64,000 nt of DNA from NCBI GenBank assembly GCA_964016885.1, contig OZ024747.1, forward strand, positions 59,706,001-59,770,000, read 5' to 3'. The stretch is from Eledone cirrhosa. Its lineage: Eukaryota. The first letter of the stretch is position 1, and the number at the start of each line of letters is the position of its first letter. The translations under genes and the position numbers were made by a program. The notes under the pieces were generated by a model. The model searched no databases. It had not been told where the DNA came from and worked only from the letters and a program-made list of their open reading frames with translations. Below, one piece after another: positions 41,806 through 53,937 of this stretch.

Positions 41806-42619
41806 GCTGGAAGATTATAATTTAAATAGGAACCCTTTAAAAAAGATGGCTTTGATACATAGAATCAGAGCCAGTTTTTGTCAAATGGCTATCAAAAGGG
41901 TTAAATGCCATAGTTTGATAATATATAGCCAAGTGACAGGCAACCCTGCACATGAAGATAAAATCAGTTTAGATAATAATCAATAGTTTTGTATTGTATG
42001 TTTATGTTATAATATTTTATTGTTAGACATCTTAATTTATAAACTAAATATTTGATTTGTTTTATATTTAAATATTTAACAATTGTGCAAATAATTACAA
42101 TGTTATACCTGACTGAGATAGAAATCCAAATATTTAGTAATATAAATATTAAAAAAATTTTATGATTCGCTTTGCTTTTATGTTTGTATTTTAGCTTGAG
42201 TAATTACTACCAACAGAAAGAAAGTAATATTAAACTAATAATTATGGTAAATATTATTTGTAAATAATTAGCATAAAACTAATTATCATAAAATAATTTC
42301 TTTTAATGAGGAGGCAAAGGTAAATTTTTAAAGTGAAGAGAGAATATTGTTGTCATTTCATTTCAAATCTAATTATTACTGGCAACTATTTATATTCTTT
42401 GCTTATTATTATCCAACTACAACTTATAAAAAAAATTCTTTCTCAAGCTCAGTGATTCATTAGGTCATGACTAATATTTATACTGTTGACTAGGCTGAAT
42501 CCTAGAGGCTCTGCAGGGACTAAGGGCCCATTTTGTTGTGGTTGGGTGAAAGATTGAAATAGCAGAGGAGAGTTCCAAATACCTGAAAGCACCACAACAT
42601 TTTGATTTCATGTAGCAAT

Positions 42620-42811
42620 AACCCTTTAGTATTTAATCTGACTGTATCCGGTCTGAATTCTGTCTCCCCTTTCTGTTCAATCTGGCCATAACCGGCTGCT
42701 CATACTGATGTCAGTGTATTGTTCTCAAAATAAATATCAAAATCTCAGAGATTCAATATTATGTAAAAATGCAATAGAAAATATAGAGTAATGTAGATGT
42801 GAAAGAGTTAA
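42620..42811. mobile_element. piggyBac-like MITE family 1 (diverged)
   Basis: taaccctttagtattt...gtgaaagagttaa. Confidence 0.65.
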
Positions 42812-43713
42812 GCAATTTAGAGCACATGGATGGGACACTAGTCTGCTACAAGATTAACCCCTAACTACAGCTGCTGGTACTCAGTTTTTCAATACATCAT
42901 CCAACTCGTGCCAACATGGAAAATGGATGTAAAATGGTGATGATTATGATGATGATAACTACTCTGCATATACTAAAGACTCAATTCTTGGCTTCATATA
43001 GAAAACTTCTATGACTTTTACTAATAAGAAAAGTACAGACATAACTAAACATATATTGTCTAATGCAAGGACTGACTATTAGCAACTATTTATATTCATG
43101 TAATAAATATAAGATTGGTGATAGACAGCAGTAGTCCCTCTTAAACTACAAAGTTTCATTCTACATCACAAGTTGTATATAGCCTACATTCATAGACTAT
43201 GTACAGGATCAGTGGCCAGGTATTAAGTGCCTTAGGCTAGCTCTAAAATGTCTGCCATCTCCTTGAAAATAAAAATTATTTCAACTTAAAGTTTGATAAG
43301 CTGATGAATTGAGTTCCCAACCCTTATTGCTCTGACTGTACTAGGAAAAATTAGTAAGCCTGCATTTTCCCCTACACATTCCACATTCACCCATACCAAA
43401 TCATGTATGTTACTGCTCATAGCACCATATAACGCTTTCTACAATGCTGCCATTTGACAAAGATGTTTAGCAATTAATTTTTTGATTGAAGTAAATTATA
43501 TAATTAATCATATAATAAATTTGTATAAAACTACAACCCTTTAAGATTCTATAATGAACCTGTGGCCTGAACAAGTCATGGGTTTGACTCCAGGACTGAG
43601 TGGTGCATTGTGTCCTTGGGCAAGATGTTTCATTTCACATTGCTTTTCATGAGAAACCTCCTTTGAGGTCTGCACCCTAAGTGGTTGCTTGGTTAGTCTA
43701 ACAGTGGAACCGG

Positions 43714-44088
43714 CAGAGCCAGGTTTAATGGGGGACAAAGAGAGCAATTGCCCTGGTCCCCCTGCAGTGCCCTCATCTGGGCGTTTTAGTTTTAGAATGG
43801 TTAGAATTTTTTAATTTAATACCTGTATGTATAACTTTTCAATTCCAATTACTTGCGCAATGATAACTTCTTTTTCTTCTATGCCCACTTATTCCTGAGA
43901 GAGTTGTGGGGCCAGAGTCCTCAAGCACTCCTTCCAGCAGGTCCTGTCAGAAGCAAAGATCTCCAACTGATATGTATAATTGGGGGGGGGGGGGGGTTGC
44001 TGTGTATTCTATATTTTTTTGTGTGTATGAGGACCCCCCCCCCCCCAAAAAAAAGCTTTGGGCACTCCATGGTCTAAATTCTACCCTG
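43714..44088. mobile_element. hAT-like non-autonomous DNA transposon, second copy
   Basis: Homologous to 33753-34040; flanks ggaaccgg/ggcaccag (6/8 TSD match). Confidence 0.75.
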
Positions 44089-44374
44089 GGCACCAGCCCT
44101 GATTACATATGTAACAACTAATAATAATAAGTAGGGATATGTTCATGTACAACCAACCCTGCCCTCACTTGTTATTCCATTACAAAATTGGAAGATATAT
44201 TCCAACCAATAGTAAGCAGAATATTAACCAATCAAATAAAGAGAAATGTTGTTCCCTCTACATATATTACACAGACAATATTTGAATGTTGTGTGTACTG
44301 TTAACTATATGATAGCCAGAAATATCTGGCAGATATTGGGTTGCTGTGTCTATATTTCTACATCTATTGATATT

Positions 44375-45055
44375 GTGTGTGTACAAGGATTGCTATGAGC
44401 ATGTGTGTATGCAGAAGTATTGCTTTGTTTATGTGTGTGTGTATAGGTATTGCTTTGTGTGAATATGGAAGTATTGCTTTGTTTATGTATGTGTATATGT
44501 ATAGTTTTGTGTGTGTGAGTGTGTGTGTAAGTATTGCTTTGTTTATGTGTGTGTATATGTATTGCTTTGTGTGTATGTGAAAGTATTGCTTTGTGTGTAT
44601 GCAGAAGTATTGCTGTGTTTATGTATGTGTGTGTGTGTAAGTAGTGCTTTGCAAATGTATGTCTATATGTATTGCTATGTGTGTGTGTAAGTATTGCTTT
44701 GCAAATGTTTGTGTGTATGTATTGCTATATGTGTGTGTGTGTGTGTAAGTATTGCTTTGCAAATGTATGTGTGTAAGTATTGCTTTATGTGTGAGTGCAT
44801 GTATGTGTACATGTATTACTTTGTGCATGTGTGTGTGTGTATTTCTAATATATGTATGACATACATTACTTTGAAATATGTGTGTATGTATCGATATTGC
44901 TGTTGTATATATGTGTATATGTATTGGTATTGCTGTTGTATATGTATTGGTATTGTGTATAAATGTGTGTATGTATTGGTGTTGTATATGTGTATGATTT
45001 GATATTATGTATGTTTTGTTGCTGTGTATTTATTGGTGTTGTATATGTTTACATG
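44375..45055. repeat. TG-rich degenerate repeat
   Basis: aagtattgctttg + (TG)n units. Confidence 0.8.
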
Positions 45056-45057
45056 CA

Positions 45058-45349
45058 GTATATATATATATATATATATAATATATATATAATATATATA
45101 TAATATATATATATAATATATATATAATATATATATAATATGTATATAATATATATTATATATATATATATATATTATATATATATATATATATACATAT
45201 ATTATTTATATATTTATATATATATATATTATATATATATTTGTATATATATATATTATATATATATTTATATATATATATATTATATATATATTTATAT
45301 ATATATTATATATAAATATTATATATATATATAGTGTATATATATATAT

Positions 45350-45384
<35 letters not shown>

Positions 45385-45487
45385 ATATATATATTATATA
45401 TATATAATATATATATTATATATATATAATATATATATATATAATATATATATATATATAATATATATATATATGTAATATATATAT

Positions 45488-45518
<31 letters not shown>

Positions 45519-45871
45519 ATATATATTATATATATATATTATATATATATATATTATATATATATTATATATATATATTATATATATATTATATATATAT
45601 ATTATATATATATTATATATATATATTATATATATATTATATATATATATTATATATATATATTATATATATATTATATATATTATATATATATTATATA
45701 TATATATATATATTATATATATATATATTATATATATATTATATATATATATATATATTATATATATATATATTATATATATATTATATATATATTATAT
45801 ATATAATATATATATTATATATATATATATATAATATATATATATATATATAATATATATATATAATATAT

Positions 45872-45903
<32 letters not shown>

Positions 45904-45955
45904 ATATATATATATAATATATATACTATATATATATATATATAATATATATATT
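45058..45955. repeat. (TA)n microsatellite with TAA/TTA slips
   Basis: Direct reading. Confidence 0.95.
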
Positions 45956-46169
45956 TCGTTTCTGAATTTGTTTAGCAAGATTCTTTATCTGAAATCGTGT
46001 GTTGAAACCGATATTGTTATACTTTGGGAGGGTCATGTTGCCAATAAGAAACACACGCACCAGTTGCTTTCACTTCAATTTAATTTAATATATATTTATA
46101 AATTTACAAATTTATAAATTTCTGGTTGGTTGGTTGGTTCCACAACCAGATAGTTGTTTATATATATAT

Positions 46170-46214
46170 AGTCATAGTTCTTTCGTCACACACTCTGTGA
46201 CCTCTTCAGTGACT
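46170..46214 (-). ncRNA. Minimal type I hammerhead ribozyme (left-arm copy)
   Basis: Reverse complement of 46334-46378. Confidence 0.75.
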
Positions 46215-46333
46215 GGGGATTTCTTTCTTCGTTTCTGTGCCTTTCCTTTCTTCTATCCTACGCCATTTTGGTACAAACAAAATGGCGTAGGATAGAAGAA
46301 AGGAAAGGCACAGAAACGAAGAAAGAAATCCCC

Positions 46334-46378
46334 AGTCACTGAAGAGGTCACAGAGTGTGTGACGAAAGAACTATGACT
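46334..46378 (+). ncRNA. Minimal type I hammerhead ribozyme (right-arm copy)
   Basis: Stem I AGTCA/TGACT; core CTGAAGA; extra G; stem II GTCACA-gagtg-TGTGAC; GAAA; minimal stem III G-aa-C; predicted cleavage triplet CUA. Confidence 0.75.
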
Positions 46379-46622
46379 ATATATATATAAACAACTATCT
46401 GGTTGTGGAACCAACCAACCAACCAGAAATTTATAAATTTGTAAATTTATAAATATATATTAAATTAAATTGAAGTGAAAGCAACTGGTGCGTGTGTTTC
46501 TTATTGGCAACATGACCCTCCCAAAGTATAACAATATAATATATATATTATATATATATATAATATATATATATAATATATATATATAATATATATATAT
46601 ATACATAATATATATATATAAT

Positions 46623-46669
<47 letters not shown>

Positions 46670-46679
46670 TATACATAAT

Positions 46680-48239
46680 ATCATCATCATCATCATCATC
46701 ATCATCACCGTTTTACGTCCGTTCTTCCACGCTAGCATGGGTTAGACGGGTTGTCCTATTGTGGGCAGTGTCTGGTCGGCTGACCATGCCTTGCTCATAC
46801 AGGAACTGATCTGGCTTGATTTCTACAGCTGGATGCCCTTCCTAACACCAACCTCATTTACAGTGAGTGCTGGGTGCTTTTTCGTGGCGCCTACACGTCC
46901 ACTTTACAGTGTGGGCTGGGTGCTTTTTTGCCGTGGCACCTCCACGACCACCTTGCGGTGGGGGAAGGGGGGGGGGGGGGCATATTGTTTATATGCTTCA
47001 GCATGTACCCATGGGAGGTCGGGTACCCTGTATTACTGCGTGACGCCAGAAGTCACGGTCGTGTGTCATTGACTTTGAGAGGTGTAGTTGGGTAAGGTCG
47101 GCTTTTATCACCTCATCCCAAGTCATCTTGGGTCTCCCCACTCCGCGGTTTCCATCAACTTCTAGTGCTCTGCACCTTTTTATGCAGCTGTCATCCTTCA
47201 TACGCATCACATGTCCATACCAGCGTAACCGCCTCTCCTGCACGCAGCATTTGATTCCTCTTATGCTCAGTCTCTCTCTCAATTCCTTTATGCTTTGTCG
47301 TTCACGTATATTACTGTTACACATCCATCGGAGCATGCAGGCTTCGTTTCTCTCTAATCTACGTAAGTCTTCCACCTTCAGCGCCCAGGTCTCACTACCA
47401 TGCAACATCGCTGTTCGGATACACGCATCATACAGTCTGCCTTTCATTCTGAGGGAGAAGCCTTTTGCAGCTAGCAGTGGTAGTAGTTCCCTAAACTTCT
47501 TCCATCCCGTTCTTACCCTAGTTATTGTACTTTCTGAGCACCCACCTCCGTTGCTAATTCGGTCACCTAGGTAGCAGAAGCTGTCTACTGTTTCTACAGG
47601 GCCCTCCCAGAGATTGGTGGTACTTGTTTCCTGTGGCTGTTTGCTTGCTGTTTCAGCACAGCTGCTGCATGTGAATCCTACATTCTTAATTAAGCTTCCT
47701 GAGATCCCGCTACATCTCTTGTGTACCCATTGTTTGCATTTGGGGCAGAGAATGGAGTTCCTACCTACACCTTTCCTACATACTGAGCAAGGCCATTTCC
47801 CTGAGGGGATCTGGGTTCTGTTTTCTCGTCTACTTACAAGGACCTTAGTCTTTGTCATGTTGACTTTGAGGCCCTTTCTCTCTAGTCCCTGCTTCCAGGT
47901 TTGGAATTTATTCTCTAGTTCTACCATAGATTCAGCTATGAGTGCGAGGTCATCAGCATACAGGAGTTCCCATGGGCATCCGGTCTTAAACTCCTCCGTT
48001 ATTGCCTGCAGGACTATGATGAACAGGAGAGGGCTAAGAACAGAGCCCTGGTGGACCCCAACCTGTACGCTAAATTCCTCGCTATACTCATTGCCAATCC
48101 TAACTTTGCTGACTGCTCCCCTATACATGGCTTGTACCGCTTTCACAAGCCATTCATCTACTCCTAGTTTTCTAAGAGCCCACCAGATTACTGCACGTGG
48201 AACTCTGTCAAAGGCTTTCTCAAGGTCGACAAATGCCAA
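46680..48239 (-). mobile_element. RTE-clade LINE, 5'-truncated, young
   Basis: RT ORF, ~300-bp 3'UTR and (GAT)n tail, flanked by (TA)n on both sides. Confidence 0.95.
46998..48239 (-). CDS. Non-LTR reverse transcriptase (C-terminal ~410 aa, N-terminally truncated) with inserted C4HC3 finger
   Basis: AFVDLEKAFDRVPR, VGVHQGSVLSPLLF, LLYADD, FCYLG, LHGSETW and RLRWYGHV motifs; no internal stop. Confidence 0.9.
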   Translation of the reverse strand: MAFVDLEKAFDRVPRAVIWWALRKLGVDEWLVKAVQAMYRGAVSKVRIGNEYSEEFSVQVGVHQGSVLSPLLFIIVLQAITEEFKTGCPWELLYADDLALIAESMVELENKFQTWKQGLERKGLKVNMTKTKVLVSRRENRTQIPSGKWPCSVCRKGVGRNSILCPKCKQWVHKRCSGISGSLIKNVGFTCSSCAETASKQPQETSTTNLWEGPVETVDSFCYLGDRISNGGGCSESTITRVRTGWKKFRELLPLLAAKGFSLRMKGRLYDACIRTAMLHGSETWALKVEDLRRLERNEACMLRWMCNSNIRERQSIKELRERLSIRGIKCCVQERRLRWYGHVMRMKDDSCIKRCRALEVDGNRGVGRPKMTWDEVIKADLTQLHLSKSMTHDRDFWRHAVIQGTRPPMGTC

Positions 48240-48416
48240 TATATATATATAATATATATATATAATATATATATATAATATATATATATACATAATATAT
48301 ATATATAATATATATGTAATATATATATAATATATATGTAATATATATATTATATATATATATAATATATATATATAATATATATTATTATATAATATAT
48401 ATATATATAATATATA

Positions 48417-48697
48417 TCATCATCATCATCATCATTTTTACGTCCCCTTTTTCCCTGCTTGCAAGGGTGGGACGGGAACTGATTCTGGCTTGATTTCTAC
48501 AGCTGGATGCCCTTCCTAACACCAACCTCATTTACAGTGAGTGCTGGGTGCTTTTTTGCCGTGGCACCTCCACGACCACTTTGCAGTGGAATGATAGGGA
48601 CCCCAGTCCCTATCATCTCATTTCTACAGCTGAGTAAACTGGAGCAATGTGAAATAAAGTGTCTTGCTCAAGGAAACAACACATCACCCGTCTGAGA
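48417..48697 (-). mobile_element. CORE-like SINE with RTE tail, 5'-truncated
   Basis: Homologous to 39167-39490. Confidence 0.85.
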
Positions 48698-48729
48698 ATG
48701 TGTTGTTTCCTTGAGCAAGGACACTTTAT

Positions 48730-48860
48730 ATATATAATATATATATATAATATATATATATAATATATATATTATATATATATATAATATATATATATAA
48801 TATATATATTATATATAATATATATAATATATAATATATATATTATATATATATATATAT

Positions 48861-48903
<43 letters not shown>

Positions 48904-48913
48904 ATTATATATA

Positions 48914-48951
<38 letters not shown>

Positions 48952-49207
48952 TATATATTATATATATATATTATATATATATATATATATATAATATATA
49001 TATATATTATATATATATATATTATATATATCTATCTATATATATTATATATATATATATTATATATATCTATCTAAGGCGGGTAAACTTCCCGAGATCC
49101 ATGGACGAGTTCTCTCCAGCGGTCTCTGTCCCTCATTATCGCTGCCATATATTATATATATATTATATATATTATATATATATATATATTATATATATAT
49201 ATATAAT

Positions 49208-49238
<31 letters not shown>

Positions 49239-49266
49239 TATATAATATATATATATTATATATATA

Positions 49267-49320
<54 letters not shown>

Positions 49321-49326
49321 ATATAT

Positions 49327-49375
<49 letters not shown>

Positions 49376-49377
49376 AA

Positions 49378-49425
<48 letters not shown>

Positions 49426-49463
49426 ATATATTAATATATATATATTATATATATATATATATT

Positions 49464-49539
<76 letters not shown>

Positions 49540-49576
49540 AAGATATATTATATATAATATATATATTATATATATA

Positions 49577-49626
<50 letters not shown>

Positions 49627-49636
49627 TTATATATAT
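48730..49636. repeat. (TA)n microsatellite running into assembly gap
   Basis: Direct reading. Confidence 0.95.
49074..49148 (-). mobile_element. Extreme 3' tip of a second RTE-like LINE family
   Basis: Translates MAAIMRDRDRWRELVHGSREVYPP*, with the DRxxWR motif typical of RTE ORF ends, followed by (TAGA)/(TA) repeats. Confidence 0.55.
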
Positions 49637-49836
49637 NNNNNNNNNNNNNNNNNNNNNNNNNNNNNNNNNNNNNNNNNNNNNNNNNNNNNNNNNNNNNNNN
49701 NNNNNNNNNNNNNNNNNNNNNNNNNNNNNNNNNNNNNNNNNNNNNNNNNNNNNNNNNNNNNNNNNNNNNNNNNNNNNNNNNNNNNNNNNNNNNNNNNNNN
49801 NNNNNNNNNNNNNNNNNNNNNNNNNNNNNNNNNNNN
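49637..49836. other. Assembly gap (200 N)
   Basis: Run of N. Confidence 1.
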
Positions 49837-51417
49837 CTAATCCAGGCAAGTATAGAAAGATGGATGTGAAAATGATAATTGTTTCTACTTTTGGCACAAG
49901 GCCAGCAATTATTCCAGTGCATGACTGGTATTTTATTTTATCGATGTGAAAATTATAATGATGATGTATGTGACTGTCTGTATATCTTGGTTCTTATATG
50001 TATCCCTGTTTTCAGAATAGGTATAATGTATCCATGTGGTTTATATCAAATAACATTTGATTCGTTTGCAAGCAAATAGCCTCATTACACTGTTTTTAAG
50101 ATCACCATCCTTTTGTTCTTGTGACAGAGAGAGAGGGCTGAAAATATTGTTTCTGGGTTATTGCCCTTTGTCAAAATTGTGTATCTCATCACTGACTAGA
50201 ACTCTTGAGAATATATAGTATTCTCTAAATTTTAAAGAATACTCGTGATTCAATTTTAGCTTGTGTAATTTTCCATAATTATTTTTTTATGGCCTTCGTT
50301 CAGGCTATATCCATCATTAATACTCAATCCATCAGGCCATATCCATCATTAATACTCAATGAAGTTGCTGACCCCTGCTCTAAAGTATACATATATTGTA
50401 TCCTTGTTTGTTTAATAGATGACTAAAAGGGTTGGCATGAGGAAAGATATTTGGTTGAAAAATACTGCCTCAGAAAGTTTTATCCAACCCATGCCAACAT
50501 AGAAAAGCAGATCTCAAAACAGTGTGGTTGTTGTGACAGCAGTGATGAAAAGAATCAATCACTGATTGCATTTATAGGTTTTTAATTTAAATTTTTTTTT
50601 CAGTCATTGAAATAAAAGTATTTATAAAATGCCATTTATTGCAAATATATGGAAATTCACTTATGAGCATAGTAACAATGTCTCTAGTTCATGAAACTCT
50701 TTAAATTTCTGCTGTATGAAATAAATTGAGAAAACAATGTATTCATATTTTGTCAGCTAAAGAAAAGGTTTCAGTCATATTGAAAATTTAAAGGATAAAT
50801 TATTTTATTTCCTTTGTATGTATCATTGCAAAAGTTTCTTAAATAATGTCATTGAACTAATCTTATGTGTAAGACTCTCATGAATTTTAAAGTGGGAATT
50901 GAAAAGAAATATTTCATGTTTTACTCAGTATGGCAAAAGACACATACACACAGGTGTATGTGTGTGTGTCTGTGTGTGTGTGTGTGTGTGTGTGTATGTA
51001 TATATGATGTATATATGATGGTATATATATATGTATATATATATCTCCATCATTTATTTTCTTGTATTTTGCATTTATCTTTTCATTTTATACTAAAAAT
51101 CAAGATTTCATGAAACCAAGTCTGAAATATTGCATTGATAAGAAGTTCTATTTACATAAATTCCTATTATGAAAAGAACTTGTCATATATATTGTCACAG
51201 AACAGAAACTTGAAATTAGATTTGGGTAATCATGTTAATGAAACAATTAGGTTCAAATGTTTGCCATTGATGGGAACGTCTTGTTGGAAGTTGATTGATC
51301 GAGCACTGATTCTGGAAGATTATGGCTCAGCAGACTGGCCAAGAGAACAACATTGAATAGATTAACTATAGGAAGAAGAGGAGGTGGTAAAGGCCATATA
51401 GCTTTTATTGTTTGCAG

Positions 51418-51468
51418 CTTATAAACAGCTCATTGAAGCAGAACAATACTTGACAGTGCTGAGATCAG
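51418..51468 (+). CDS. Candidate 51-nt cassette exon (phase 1/1)
   Basis: ttttattgtttgcag|...tcag|gtaata; open frame YKQLIEAEQYLTVLRS; no recognised homology. Confidence 0.25.
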
Positions 51469-52128
51469 GTAATAATATCAATTGAAAGTTTTCTTCAGAA
51501 TTGTTTAATTCCTTTGAGATCAGCTTCTCTGTTCTGTGTAGATTAGTAGCATACAGCTCTGTTGAATCTTCTTAGAAAGTGAACAATAAAAGTTGTCAGT
51601 AGCCTCACATATTGATTGCTTTCTCTTTATATTAATGTTTTTATTTTGCTAAAAACCATGTTATCACACAACCAAGTGAAATAAAGTAGATTTCTCTTTG
51701 GGCAACTATTATTTTGCAGAAGTATCTGGAATGCTACATATTGCTTCTGTTTAATAATGCATTAAATATTTTGGAGGTGACATTATGATAAGTATAGATT
51801 TTGAAGTATTTTCCACAGTAAAAAATGAAAGCAGAAAAATGTTATTTTTCATGGGTCTGTGCGTTTTTTTCATGAGCTTATCTCTAGGCACAACAATTTA
51901 GTGTCAAACTTGGGTTTTTTGCAACTGGTGGCATTTTAATTCCTATTTTCTAATGGATGAACAGTCAACCAGAAAATCTCATACCTTCACCTCATCGATA
52001 ATAACTTTACAAAAATATTTCTTTTTCTCACTTGTAGCAATTTGAACTTGCTGCTCTCTCAACTGATGGAGTTTTGTGACAGGAATTATTATAAAAATTA
52101 TATTAGACTTAAAGCTACAATAAAACAA

Positions 52129-52238
52129 TAATTGTTTCTACTTTAGGCACAAGGCCAGCAATTACCCAGTACATTACTGGTACTTTATTTTATCGACCCC
52201 ATAAGGATGAAAGGCAAAGTTAACCTCGGCGGGATTTG
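52129..52238 (-). mobile_element. SINE family A 3' part
   Basis: aattgtttctactttaggcacaagg...cggcgggatttg. Confidence 0.85.
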
Positions 52239-53040
52239 CCTCCTCCTTCTCATGTTGCTGCTACTACCACTAGTACAACCACTATTACCACTACTACTAC
52301 AACTTCTACTACCACCACCACCACTATTACTACTACTACTACTACCACCACCACCATACTACTACCACCACCACCACCACCAATGCTACTACTACTACCA
52401 CTACTACTACCACCACCACCACCACTACCACAACAACTACTACTACTACTACTGCAACAACACCTACCACTATTACTTAATCCTTCTGGAACCCGTTCTC
52501 ATCAGTTGAAGTGAAATAGATTATGGTAAAGAAAGGCAGAAGACGTATAAACATAGAGAGTTAAGCTACTGAGATATAGACATGACTTGAGTAATTTCAG
52601 CAGTATTCACTGAGAATTTTGTGTTTGATAGTGGTGGTCATGGTGGAAGGTATTAGCTGAAAGTATTAGCAACTGTATTATACAGTAAAAAAGCTTCAAA
52701 CTATTTCATCGAACATTTCTGTTGACTGCAAGAGTAGCACTCATATTTCTAAATAAATGACATGTGCTGAAGAGCAGTTTTGTTAAGTGGTTCTAATTGA
52801 TAGCAAGTTATGTGTGTCTTGAAGTTGATGTGTTCTTTAAAATAATAGCAATATTTCAGCTATAATAAGGGTGTTGGTGATCTTTATAAACTGTGGCACC
52901 ACTATTATGTTGCCAAAACACTTGACAGAAAATGGATATAGTCATACCGCAGTCTTGGATGCTGGTTCCAGAAGTAGGACTTTACTGAGGAAGGAGGATG
53001 AGTATTGAGTGTGTCTGCAGGCCCTGCTTTAGTTCTTAAT

Positions 53041-53043
<3 letters not shown>

Positions 53044-53083
<40 letters not shown>

Positions 53084-53369
53084 TAGATAGATATATTTAT
53101 GTATGTGCGTATGTGTATATGTATGTATATATATATATATATATATAGATATTTATATATATTTATGTGTATATGTATATATTTATAATATACACACACA
53201 CATATATATTTATGTATCTATGTATGCATATATATATATATATATATTTATGTGTATATGTATATATTTATATATATACACACACACATATATATTTATA
53301 ATATATATACATATATATATATACACACAGACACACTATATATATATATATGTGTTTATGTATGTATAA

Positions 53370-53408
<39 letters not shown>

Positions 53409-53458
53409 ATATATATACATATATTTATAATATATATACATATATATACACACAGACA

Positions 53459-53507
<49 letters not shown>

Positions 53508-53672
53508 AAAGTGAATATTAACAGATGGTTGTTAATGAAGAGATAACATGAAGCTGTCATAAAGCACTTCAGTTGTTGTTGTGATGGACAAAGATGAGAG
53601 CTTGTTCTCTTTGCTTCTTTCTTTCACTGGATTCTTATCCTTGAACACCGAACATTGAAGTGTTTTCTTTAT

Positions 53673-53703
<31 letters not shown>

Positions 53704-53765
53704 CTGTATGTGTGTGTGGGCATCTGTTTGTGTGTGTCTTTTGTAAATATCTCTCTCTCTCTCTC

Positions 53766-53809
<44 letters not shown>

Positions 53810-53857
53810 TCGTTGTTTAATGTCCACCTTCCATGCTAACATATATATGGCATATAG

Positions 53858-53899
<42 letters not shown>

Positions 53900-53906
53900 T
53901 TTGTAA

Positions 53907-53937
<31 letters not shown>

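Larger units (their letters stand above)
45956..46537. mobile_element. Putative Penelope-like element pseudo-LTR present as an inverted duplication
   Basis: Inverted repeat 46011-46270/46278-46537 with no mismatch seen and loop gtacaaa; hammerhead motif in each arm; embedded in (TA)n. Confidence 0.65.

Noticed and set aside
47128-48252. + strand ORFs of 148 and 212 aa
   Set aside because: Antisense shadows of the RTE RT ORF
49566-49922. ORFs spanning the N run
   Set aside because: Assembly gap artefact
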